Made by a program: the position numbers and the translations under genes. From Phoronis australis (lineage: Eukaryota > Animalia > Phoronida), in NCBI GenBank assembly GCA_002633005.1, contig NMRA01000550.1, positions 56,089 to 120,088 of the forward strand: DNA of 64,000 nt, written 5' to 3'. How positions within the stretch are numbered: the stretch's first letter is position 1; each line of letters starts with the position of its first letter. The notes under the pieces were generated by a model that was given only the letters and a program-made list of their open reading frames with translations, searched no databases and had not been told where the DNA came from. Shown here in pieces: positions 1-12,700 of the stretch.

Positions 1-657
1 GCAGTGTGTGGGTTAACTGCATCGAACTTTGAGTTCATTTCAGTTCATTTGCGGTGCCCCTATGCCACATGCTGTGAGAATTTACGCTCGCGATGAACAC
101 AGTCGAGACATTCGCCTCACCGCCTTACCCGGCAAAATCCTCGCGGTTCATTTTGCCATGGATATGAGCTGCTGAGCTCATTTGGTCATTAGGTCTTAGC
201 TCTCCATCTGCGCAAAACATCAAACGTGATCGCACTTTAGGAACACTATCATTGTTTTAGTTTGTTTTGTTTTGCAATAATTGTGATAAAATGGTTGAAA
301 CTCCTAAACACCATCTAGTATCGCCATCTTGTGTCTGGGAACCAATATACTCATGTCCCAGACTTAATTGATTATGTAGTGCTTTTGATGCATAAAACGA
401 TAGCCTATCAATTCTAGCGTATTTGAGCACAATTTTCATCAATAGCGGTTAGATCGTTCTTCAAAATCATTTTGGTCAGAATAAGGTATACTTTTTAGCC
501 GTAGGCCTAATTGTACATGTTCCTACCAATGAAAATTGTCGGATCCGTGGGGTGGGATTGTCATATGAGGATTGTTTTCCCGCAAATCAAAAATTGGCTT
601 TGTTTTTGTTTGCGACAAATGTCACTCAAAATTCTTACATTTATTTATTTTATCCAG

Positions 658-777
658 GTTCTAGTAAACAAGCGACGTTTTCCACTGATGAAAGGCCATG
701 ACAACCTGAAGCGCTACCTACTGGAACAATTTCCCAGTGAACACGATGCCATTGAAAAATTCATTTTCGTGCTCAGG
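658..777 (+). CDS. RETSAT: RETSAT exon (first in window)
   Basis: tatccag|GTT...CTCAGG|gtaatc; VLVNKRRFPLMKGHDNLKRYLLEQFPSEHDAIEKFIFVLR. Confidence 0.88.
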
Positions 778-3700
778 GTAATCTTTTGAATTAGACGTAG
801 GCCTGTCAGGGGCTAGGATATGTACGACTTCACTCTCAGCGACGGTTGTACGTGTACGACTTTTCCATCTGTAGCGTCGTTTTTTCAACTTTGCAGACAT
901 GCGCAGTAGGCCTACTTGAAGACATGAGATCATGAGGGAGATTTCCGATTGACCTTTCTATGGTTCTACGAAAATCGATGCGCAAGCATCTAGAGTCTAG
1001 ATTTGTAGGATGCCACTTTTCCAATCCAGCATGCAGAAAGTGTCACGCAGGCGATCGGCTACTCGATAATCTAGCAATTGGTTTTGGATAGACGCTACCT
1101 GCTTATTCGCGTCTATGATAAACTGCGCCTAAAATGAAGTGATTTCTATAGATCGTTTATCTACGTGTACTACTTTGAACGTAGCGCTATCTCGCAATGA
1201 TCCGTTGTGCATATGACGTCACCCGTTCTCTCGAGGCACTCTTTAGAAAATTTCGCGAAATTCGCAGCAAAAATACCCGATGATTTCCGGGTGGCACATA
1301 GCCTTAAGGTATTACCCGACAATTGGCAAATAAAATCACATATTGCCTATACATATTATATCAGTGCATTCTTGAACTTTGACGTACAGGAATACGCGTT
1401 CAATAGTCATTTATAGTAGACGCCAAAGGCTTTTGACTGTTCGGGTAACTGCTTAATTTTTCATTTAGTGTTCAACGATAAAAGAAGACAAGGGGCCCGT
1501 TCCAACAAAACTGACTTAGTTAAGACAAATCTTAAAATTTGGTGAATTTTTGAGATAAAACTTAAATTTGTCTCGAAAGAGATCGTAAGTTTGAATTTAG
1601 TTTTTGATAAAAGTTTTGTCTTAATTTTAACTGCCTTCCCGTATATGGAATGTTCAAAGTACGGAAGTTAAGACAAATCTTAGACTTAAGTCAAAAACGA
1701 ACTTAAGTCAGTTTCTTGGAACGGGTCCCAGGGCCCAGTTGCACGCCGTATAGCAACAAAGACATCGTATTATCACGCGCCACGTTGTTATTGTTGAACA
1801 ATGCTCCGGAAGTCATGCGACAATCAAACTTATCCAGCGCATGATGTTGAAGTTTTATGAAACCCAGCCTAGATATAAGTGATTGAGAACATGTTAACAA
1901 AGCTTCGATACGAAGATAGAATTGAAATGGCGTACATGAATGACGTAGCTTGGAACAGTTTTTTCGCGCGAAAAGTCGGCGAAATGTCATCTGTAATGTT
2001 TGATCTGTCGGACTAGGTATTTTAGAAAGAATTGCTTTGGCATCAAAATTTTACTTTCAAAAACAGTTATAGTTATAGTTATATCTGGTTACATACAGTT
2101 TGCACTTCGCCAGCACATAACAAAAAGAAGGTAGTTCGCAACACATCGATTTTAGGCTCTGTTTCCTAAAACTTATAAGATCAAGACACGTGACGTCGAT
2201 CGTTCTAAAATTCTGTTTCTCTTTGACAGGACCTAGAGACATGTGACTGGCCATTCGCTATTTTAAAGTTCTTGCCCGCTCGGTTGAGCCGGTTACTAGT
2301 GAAAATTGGCCTCATAGACAGACTTAGTAACATATTTCAGTACTCGAAGATCACCCTTCGTCAGTACTTGGATGAGATTACAAACAATGATTTGCTCAAA
2401 ACAGTTCTCGGCTACGCATTCGGAGATGCAGGTAAACATCAAAATGTTTATTAAGTTTAATCTTTTACTCAGAGGTATGTTTTAACGTGAAGGTGACTAC
2501 GCCGCAAGGTGTAGCCACAGTCGCTTAATGTTGTGTTCGATACTTGTACTTCATAGTACATATAGTCAGCCGGACAAAACTTAAAGTTTTGATTGGAAAG
2601 CCATGTTAGAAACAAACAGCTGACATATCACAATCACCTAGCAAACACTGATCACTGATTAGGGGTTGTCAGGGTCAAAATTGCAAATTAACAAAGTTAT
2701 TAACGTTTTAAATTGGGATTGTTCTCTTTTTAAAGAGGATAATCCCAACTTAAAAGTTCGCCATATGATAACGAGGTGACAAGGTAGATAATTAGCGCGT
2801 CTATAAACAAAGACATTGTATTAATCGTCATTTCGGTTCATTGTCCAGCTGTGTTGATTTCTGGTATCTCCCCTCACAATGGATTTTGACGTGTACCTGT
2901 GCAGTCTGTTCTCGACCTGTGTTACCTGACTGGAGTATTGTGAACATTTGTCTTTAGAATGCTTTAGTGACAATAAACCGAAACGTCGATTAAAGTTCGT
3001 ACTCACATGTTGGCCAAAAAACAAATGAGATCAAAGTCACTAATTTTTGGTCATATAAGCACCGCTCTCATTGGTTAATGTCTGGCTGACGTGGTTTACA
3101 ATATAGCCAACGAAAATCAGGGTCACATACATAGCACTACTTCATTAGTCAGCCGACTAAAATGATGGCCAAGTCAAGTTAGAAGCATGGCAGCCATGCT
3201 CAGAGTATTTATTGTGATCCTCCCTTGAAAGTTAGGGGTGTTGCCAAGCTGAAATATGCGCCATTGTCATTGTAACCAGGTTTTTTCCACTCAACGTCCT
3301 TAATTTTTGGTTTGGGGCAAATTAGAAACATGCAAACTCGTCAAAAATACTTTAGTCGCCTTGTTGTTGAATTGTGCGTCATTACCATGGTTATCTGGTA
3401 CAACCAAGATCATCAATTTTAAGGTTAATAATGGTAGTCCTGTTAAAAGGCAGGTAATCATGATCCAATAATTTTAGTGTCCCTCCCTAAAAATTTAGAA
3501 CAGTTGTCAAGCTTGAACGTGTGCTGTTGCCATGGTAACCAGCCATGTTTTGAAATTCCAGTTTATAGTGTGCTGCACTCGTCCCATATCAGCGTATTTT
3601 TGGAGAATATAAATGGTCTACATCAAACAATGATCGCTCTATCACATATATATCATAACCAATGGGAACTACTGTATCGAAACTTGAAAATAGCTTTGTT

Positions 3701-6700
3701 AAAAATATAACAGCTGCGTACACCTAATGCATTTGATTTAATAACTGAAACCAAAGACTCGTAGGTCAAAACCGGTAGCACTAATTTGGAAATCGAAAAA
3801 TATTTACCATATCAACTACTGCAAATAATCCTGACAACTTCGCTTTCAGCAACATAAACGCTGCATCAAACGTATACAACAGAATGATATAAATAAAGCA
3901 AATACAGGTAGCTGTAGCCTTACCAATCCTATAAAGGATAACCCTGACAGGATATATGCATATTCATCACTAGCATTCAAGGCAAGGCCGACGGCATTAA
4001 TAAAACGTGTTCACAGTGTTCGTGTACGAAAGTACATGATTCTGTTTAGATTAGTTTTTGGCGCAAAACTTGCATTCTTTCCAGGATATTTTGTATTCTA
4101 TTTTACAAAAAGTTTACATTTTGTTCACATTTCATTTGTGTTACAACTGCAAACGTTTCCTACACCAACATTTCCCGACATAGTATTGCTTTTGTTTTAT
4201 TGCGCATGAAATTTAATCAGAGGTCACTTTTCTGTTTTTCTCTTAAAACATGTAGAAACTGTTCTATAGCGCATCTTCAAAATCGTTAAAATTTTGAGTA
4301 AACGTGTAAAAATAATATAATTTGGAATAAAAGGCTTTTCCCATCTTCCCAAAGTATTCGTATCGTCTGCTGCTATATCCAAACCTCAGTTCCATTATTC
4401 TCAAACAGGATTAGGTATATCACTTGTACAAAGAATTCATGAATTAAGAATAAACATTTACACTATTCGACCGGTGGTCCCAATGGCTCAGTCCATTAAG
4501 AGTGTCTGCACGGTTAGCAGATGGTGCCGGGTTCGATTCCCGGTTGGTACAGAAATCGTTTCAGTCTTATATTCAAAGAAAAGTCATGGCCTTTTAAAAG
4601 CCTAACGCAGTCTTATAGTCGTGTATTTGGGTCGTTGCATTTTCAGTTTTTCCCGAAAATACATTCCTCCCGCCTTACGGGGAAATTTTGCTGTATGTCT
4701 AAGTCTTCATTTTCTTTCTTCCGCACTGTTGCAGAGGGCCAAATATTACTTGAATATCCAGAAAATGGATATTGTTTTGTCAGCCAATTCTAGCTTTTGG
4801 CGTTATGAAAACACAAACCTTTGTCAATCTCACAGGACATATGGCCAAATACGGATATACCAATAGCCTGAGTATGGTAGCAGATGATCGTTTGAAGTAC
4901 ACAGGAGCTTTGTATGAGACTAAATAACAACTTGTGAATACAGTGAAGTCAGAAAGCTTACGTTTACTAACAAATCTCAATGCTAATCTTACGGAATAAT
5001 GTAAATCGAATGTGACAGTCAGAGACTGTCTAGGCTTATCTATTGCTTAGTCGAGTCAATAAATTTGAATAAATATGGACACTGTTCTATATTTAACACT
5101 GGAAAATTGAATTATAACAAGCCCTTTGACATTTTCACGGGATTTGCAGGTAATTGAGCTTACCAGTTTAAATTATGGACAATTTAAACACATAATCGTA
5201 TCACTCACAAGTGGCTTCCCTAAAAGCAGACATACATGCAGTGGTTATCTATATGTGATCCTACATTTCACGGGCTAGATCAAACCATATTAGCCAGACA
5301 TTAACCATTGAGAGTGGTGCTTACTTATACGACCTGAAATGACCTACTTAGTCACCTCATTATCACTAGGCAAGCTTAAAGAGAATAATTTCGACTTAAG
5401 CTTCCTTAAAGGCGAAGGCAACCTTTTTCCATGTCATTTTGAGCTAAAATAAGGTTGGTTGGTTATCCTAGACATATTTTCTACTTAATTACAGCTTTTC
5501 GTAATTTTATAAATTACTCGTCCGCTTCTCCGGAAGTGACGTTTTAGGAGGCAAGAGTTTCCCGCCACTTGGTTTTGCGTTGACTTTACCGAGCGAATCT
5601 GTTCTATTCTACTTTTGTTTTGTGCTGTTTTTCAACAATTGTCGCCACCACTTTCCATCGGCGAGTATTCTGCGGCAAGATAGGTTAGTAGAGAACTCAA
5701 CTACGTTGGATTTAGGGATTGTTTAGTGTGTTGTAAGCTGAAAATGGCTGGAGTCGGTGACCCGTATCACAGTGACAGTAGTGTGAGTGACGGAGACCTT
5801 GTTCACAGCAGTGGTGACGAGGAATTTTTTCACGGACATTCAGTGGGTGGGTACATGTTTGAGCCCGAGTATAACGAGGCAGAGTACGCACAGGCACAGG
5901 CAGCTGTTGAGAGAAACGAGGCGGCTACTGAGGACAGACGTGGTGACACATCTTGGTGCAAATGCACTGTGTGCGTTGTTATACCTACCTCAATGGAATG
6001 CTTGTGCTGTTCAGAGTTCGACGAGGCCAAGCCACTACTGGACATGGTTAAGTGGACCTCCGACATACCATGGACAGAGGAACAACTGTCCCACTTGCCA
6101 GAGTGTCCCGCGACACACTCCTACTGGATGGTGACCTGAGCACCCAAACTTCTTACACCGTGTCGTGTGACTCCCTCGCCACACACCTGGCACCTTCTAA
6201 ATACCTCCAACACTTTAGACAATTCCACAATAAACTTATCAAAGTTTGGCTCACCGATCTGTTCACTGGACGACGAACTGTCCTCTTCACAGGGTGTCGA
6301 ACTGAGCCTGTTATCACTCCCACTACTCAATATCGCTGCAGGGCTCTGGGGTGGAGAAAACAGCACAGGGCGAATCACTACCGGTTCCAGGAATTGCACG
6401 CTCTGGGGTACGTTCGGAGGCACGGGTGACAGTAGATGAAGTGCCTCCACTGGTTCCAGTCACTGTACTGGTCACAGCTCGCGAGGCTTCTCGCTTCAAA
6501 AACGCACTTCTCGGGGGTGGCGACGGGGCACTGCCGGGAATCAACACAGACGGAATGGCATCCTTCTTCAGACGTTGTTTCGCAGGGGCCTTCATCAGTT
6601 CAGCGTACAAATCCCTTTCGTAATCGGACGGCAGAAAGTGCTTGCCACACACACGGTAATTCTCCACTGCTTTGTACGTTGCGTGGACGGGTAACGCTGC

Positions 6701-9700
6701 GTTCTTCACACGAACGAGCCAAGTACGGCGAAGTGTGTCATCCATCGGAAAGCGATGCAAATGTACTCCCAAAGCGCGCGTGAGCCGATATTTAGTACAT
6801 CCTGGTACGCAGCAACAGTGTGGCATGTTGAGTGACTAGTAAATGAAAGCAAACGACGATGGAACTTAACACAACCGAGGTAGAACAATGACTGACTCGG
6901 CAGCTCTCACAGTCAGACTATTATGGAAAGAAATTGGCGCGAAATGCTTGCCTCCTAAAACGTCACTTCCGGAGTAGCGGACGAGTAATTAATAAAATTA
7001 CGAAAAGCTGTAATTAAGTGGAAAATATGTCTAGGATAATCAACCAACCTTATTTTAGCTCAAAATGGCATGGAAAAAGGTTGCCTTCGCCTTTAACTCC
7101 CAACTTTGATCTTGTCAAACTCCCCAACAGTGAACAGTGATAGTTTTGGGTAATTGTGATATGTGCTTGCTTCTAACGTTATTTAGAAGACTTCCCAAGT
7201 GTTGACCCTCTGTGATGGAAATTCCAAACAAGTCACAAAACTCACGATTTTATAAATACGCACAGAGTTCCTGATATCCTGCCCACTTATGATGCGCATT
7301 TTGGGGGTTGTTATTGGATGGGGAAGACTTTATGAAATTGTTAGCTTTGACTAGAGCTGTAAAGCAATCAAGTCCGTTTTTTGTGATTTCATTACAAATC
7401 CCCAATTATCGGCAGAGCGTTTGACTTCGGCAGCCACGGTTCCCGGCTGTTCTCAGAAAAATCGACTCTTTCCTCGACGTTAATGTCACTTTAATTAGCC
7501 CAGTAAACAACCCTTTGGACTCTAGAGTCTTGAAACAGACCTCAAGTGAGTATGAAACCTGCTGCAGAGCGCAGTTGAAGAAGACCTTCCTATACTTCCT
7601 ATTTGGCAAAAGGCATAGTTGTTGTTTTTTTGTTGAAAATTGTTGCGATGGGAGGCTGGTGGCGCTCGTGCGTGAGACATTCGACGTTAATACGTAACCA
7701 TGCCTCTCGTGACTAGTCGTGGCGTTTTAAAAAACCATTCTTGCCTGAGAGTTGCGGCTTTTCAAAAAAAAAACAAGTTGGAGACCTCGGCTGAAATTGA
7801 TGCGGTGGGCAATTTATGCTTCGGTTTTGCACTGTGGTGGTGGTGGTTTGCGTGCCATTATAAATTGCCCCTCGTACTGATCATCGCCCAAAGGATCACG
7901 TGATCAGAGTACGCCTCTGTTTTTGGGTAAAATTAAGTCGAAACGTTACAGGTGAGATTCTTATATTTTCCGTAAACTCTTTTACGCGACACTGAAAAAT
8001 TTCACAGCATTTACCTAGAACTTTTCTGAAACCTCGATCACTGTTGGACATTTCAGGCGTGCTGCCCTCTGAAGTTAGTCTTTATTCGTACTGCTGTATC
8101 GTGAACCACTTTCTGCAAAGCGGCGCCTACTACCCGCACGGTGGCAGCAGTGAGATCGCCTATCACCTCATCCCCACCATTCAGAAGTGCGGTGGTGATG
8201 TTCTGGTCAGGGCGAGAGTAGTCAAGTTGTTAGACGACGGCGTGGGCCGAGTCGTGGGTAAGTAAAAGAAAGCACAACTCGCACATGGGAGACATTCGTG
8301 AACCAGTGACGTATGGTCACGTGAGACGCGTGATCAACTGTCGAGAGGACCCTTTCATTTTAATGCCGAACAACAGTTTAGTTTCGCTTAAGGCGGGGTA
8401 ATCATTGAACCACTGTCTTTGTTTATAACGACGGGGAGAAGTAGGTGAGATCCGAGAGTTGATTGTATACGTTTCTCATTTTTTCATGGGCTGGTGTTTT
8501 TGTTAAAAATGTTTATTTGTATCACACTGAACGAAGACTTCACAATTGACACCTGCTTGCTAACACGAGCTTAATATACATTTAATTGGTGCATTGCATG
8601 AACTGACACGTACTGCGCTCTTCGGTCCATTTCCAAGTAATATTCCATCAGAATGCCGATTTCAGAAACATAAGCGTAGTGCAGTCGTTCTAAAGTGTAA
8701 CTGTTGTTGCTGAATTGTCAGTTGAATAATCTCCGAACTAAATTACGTGTGCTCCTTTACGGAAAGCGCGTGGAATTGTATGTGTTATGACTTTGAGAAA
8801 TCGGCTAGCGTCACCCACCGACGACTTTTCATGGAATATTTTCACAGATGACACGTTGTAAAAACATCACTGTAGGCGACACTTCATCAAATAATACTTA
8901 GGCGGCATTTCATCGAACATACACTGGGGGGATATAGGATGTTGTCAAGAGGCGACCACAATTTTCAGAGAATAACTGTTCATGTAAGTCCCAAAAAGGC
9001 AAGATTACAAAGCGCCAAACAAAACAACGAAACGATTCACTATACTTTTTGCTTATTCTGTACCATGGGTATACGACAAACGTCCACATCAAGACATGCT
9101 CACTGATGCCAACATGAAATGCCATCTGTAGTCCATCATCACTCTAGATGGCTACACATCCATATAGATGACTCTGTAACATAGAGTTAGTCTGGGGTGC
9201 ACAGACACGTGATTTGCTGCACGTGGTTGGGTCAGTATTAGACTCTTGCGAATTCAGTTCTCGAAGCACATAATACTTGCTGCAGCGCTTTAACCACTAA
9301 GTTCAAGGCTAGAAACAGACAAAAGGAATATTTAGCATGACTTCATTTTGACGTCATTATCCGTTTTGGATCCAGTGCGATGGCATGTCTATTCTTATTT
9401 TGGCGTTCAAATTGCGTCATCTATTGTCATGAAACGTCATCAGTTAACATCCGAATTGTCTTATACGCGTTAAATCATCTCAAGAAGTAAAACTAAAATT
9501 GATACCAAGCAATAAATCGATGCATTAAATTCTGTATTTTCGTTACCAGTAAAAATACCCCCAAATTGCACGATTTCTTCAAATGACGATCGGCAAGCGA
9601 CAGGGACCCAGTTGCATAAAAGTTATACGCCATATAGCAACAATGACGTCGCATTATCACGCGCCACGTTGTTATTGTTGAACAATGCACCTGACGTCGT

Positions 9701-12700
9701 GCAACCATCATACTTATCCATAATTTTGAAGTTTTAGCCCAGAAGGCTATCTTTGTTGTACCCCTAACGTAGGGTTCTACTGGGAAGACTTGGTGTTATA
9801 AAGAGGTTGAAATATGCATTGAATTAACTGAGCGGTACCTTGATAATTTGTTCACCATTCTGCGTATGTTTGGGGGAGATGGTCAGATGTATATTTGGTC
9901 TATGAAATCAGTGCACACGGTGCCTGAGACTAAAATCGTTATCTTAATAACATTATGCCCTTGGTAAGCAATCAAAAATACCCCTGGGGGTTCAGCTGAT
10001 GTTTTGTTCCACATTTCAGTATTAATTTTATTTTGGTTGAAATCTTCATTCGGAATTATCTTAGTCTTCTGCTGTTCACATCAAACGGAAAATTAAAACC
10101 CGTAACCAGTGTTTCAGGTTGTACTCTTACCTGTTGTCATGGAGTAAAGGTCAATATTATGCCTAGACATTAAATATAACGCCATACAGGTAACCTGTCT
10201 GTAAACAAGTATTCAATATTACGATGCCTGCTTCCCAAGCCAATGCATAAAATACTCTTATTGATTAGAATAATGAGCCCTTTTGACTTTCTTTGAGACT
10301 GCCCGAAACCAGAGATTAAATTTACTTTTAATTATTACAGGGCTAGAGCCCGACAATTAACGAAATCTTTTCTTGTCAGTGGACACTGTGAATGCTACTG
10401 TTTCCTTTAAAGTTTGCATGAAGTTTTCGAGATTCTCAAAATCCTTTACATGCTGAATATCGCATATCCGTCAGCCATTGTCGTTGGTTGTTTCGTACTC
10501 TCGCGCTGACGAGATACAGCGAGAAAAGTCTAATTTAAGTCGTACATAAGCAGCTACAAACCTTGTTTTGTTCTTACACGCCTCAACTTTCTTCTCATTT
10601 ACAATTCCAAAACAACCTCACCACCTTCGTATCCTTTTCAGTTGAGATTGGCTTCAATGGATTCCATAAAATTCCAGTCAGTGTGTGTTCACCTTTGTTT
10701 GTGCCGCCTAAAAGCAGACTTTATCGGTACACTATGTTTTGTTTTCTCTAAAATGTTGACTTGGTTTCAGCGAACATCGACTTCAACTAAGGTTTTAGCG
10801 AGTCCCGGAACGGGTTCGTTGTTGAACCGTAAATTTGATGGTCTCGTTGTGTGGTGCTTTTTCACATTTTTGTCACTCTCCCGGAAAACTGGGGGTTTTA
10901 CGAAACACGACGACGCGGCTGCAAAGATCCGTAAAATCTCTTTTCTGGAGATATATTTAAAAACATATTGTTTCGTGGTCGGTTTAAAAAGATAATGGGA
11001 GAAATGCGCCGAGTTGATAATAGAGGCAAGCACATGTTTCATCAAAATGTTTGCCGTACCGCGACTTGCATACATCAGTGTACACATCAGTGGTCTTGCC
11101 CTCCCCTACTTAAATTCCTGGATCCACGCCCTTACCACCCGTAAAATTCCAACTTAAAAACGGTGCTATCTTCATTCTTATTTCCAACGAGAGTTCTAAT
11201 ATTTGAATAAAACATGTTGGAATTCTGAAAATCTCTTCGATTTTAGGAGTACGGGTACAAAAGTCAACAGGCAGTGACCCAGTAGATATTTACGCGAACA
11301 CCGTCGTCTCAGCGGCGGGTCTACTCAATACGAAGAAATTGCTAGACAGTAAAATAACGACGAAGTCAGGTAAGAAACAATCCAAATTCAAAACGGGTCA
11401 TCTTGGACTCAGTGTTAGATCATTTTGAATTGCAGAATCTAACTTAAGAAGAATGGAACGCCCAGTAAACCGAAGGTTCGTTGATTGGCAAGGTTTATTT
11501 GCCCGAATATATAGGATAACGAAAAAGACAAATATTTTGAAATCACATTTGCTGATCTGTAAGTCAGTGGGGCTTTTGCTTGAATGGGCGAGATTTCAGG
11601 GAACTGGTAATGAATTAGGGGAGCTATCATATAAAGAATTAGTAGGACGTGCAGCCAACCTCATTATTGCTCTCTCAGATGTCTTATCGAGTGTTCATTT
11701 TGGCTTTGTAGTATCGGTGGCATCGTCCCCGGTGGCGACCGGGCGTTAGAGTCAATTTAAGTGAAATTGTTCAGGGTTGCGGTTTTCGTCCGAGGTCATT
11801 AAGTATTGACTCGGGTATCCCGGCACTTTACGGGTTTCCCTGGATCTGAAGTTTGAATGTATGGTGATTCCCCCAACCCATAATATTTAAGAGACCTGAA
11901 ATTTCTAAAGAAGTGAAGTCTGTGGTTTGTTCTCAACAAAAGTCACGCTGACGGTCTACTGCCGCGCAGTGCACTTAAACCGCTCTTTGTTAGAGCTAGA
12001 CAATGACCATCGTCTCTATCCAGAATTCTGGATAGAGACGATGGTTATTGGCTATGTTAGAGCCTAGCAGCAAACGTTTCGTCGCTGAACAGGTTGGTAT
12101 TGTAATTCGTTATCAATGCTTTTGACAAAGTGAAGCGAAAAGAGTATCCTTAATAGAACATGTTTTCCCGTTTCTGGCCGTTTCAGAGTATTTTTCGAGA
12201 ATTTCGGACCTGAACTTAAGACCTGGCGTTGCTGGTATATCCGTGTTTGTTGGACTCAACGCGCCCAACGAAGAACTCAACCTACCCAAGTCAAACTGCT
12301 GGATATTTAGCTCGTGAGTTAACTTCGACAACTTGACTAGCTTTGCTACTGCCCTCTGGTGAGCGGGGTGGACTACTTACACCAGGATCTACTCAGAGTA
12401 GACGAGCATTCCTGTCTCCCGTTTCACGTAGTTATACTGGCGCAATCTATCATTCTAATCGAATGTCGTTACAGAGGCGTTGATTTCCCAGTAGTTTTAC
12501 ACAATATGAGAAACTTCATTTCCATTACAATTCGATCTTGGAATGACACAGTCATGGACTACATTGGTTAGCATTCTCGTAGCGGCAACATAATCTAGTT
12601 GCCGGCTCAATAGCCCCATAGTGAACCCTGCAGTGTTGATTACAGTAAAGATTTTTGTTTAAATATCTAAATATAATCAGGAGAACTTTGTTCCCCCTTG

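Larger units (their letters stand above)
5410..7092. mobile_element. Kolobok DNA transposon, internally deleted, in a RETSAT intron
   Basis: TTAA on both sides (5406-5409, 7093-7096); AGG...CCT termini; 146-bp TIRs (5410-5555 / 6947-7092, 5 mismatches counted); convergent THAP-transposase and Cys-rich ORFs. Confidence 0.9.

Noticed and set aside
4477-4551. Functional tRNA-Thr(GGT)
   Set aside because: It lacks the D-loop GG, U33 and purine 37, so it was kept only as a SINE head or pseudogene.
5406-7096. piggyBac assignment based on the TTAA TSD
   Set aside because: The termini are AGG...CCT rather than CCY...RGG, and THAP plus a second Cys-rich ORF fits Kolobok.
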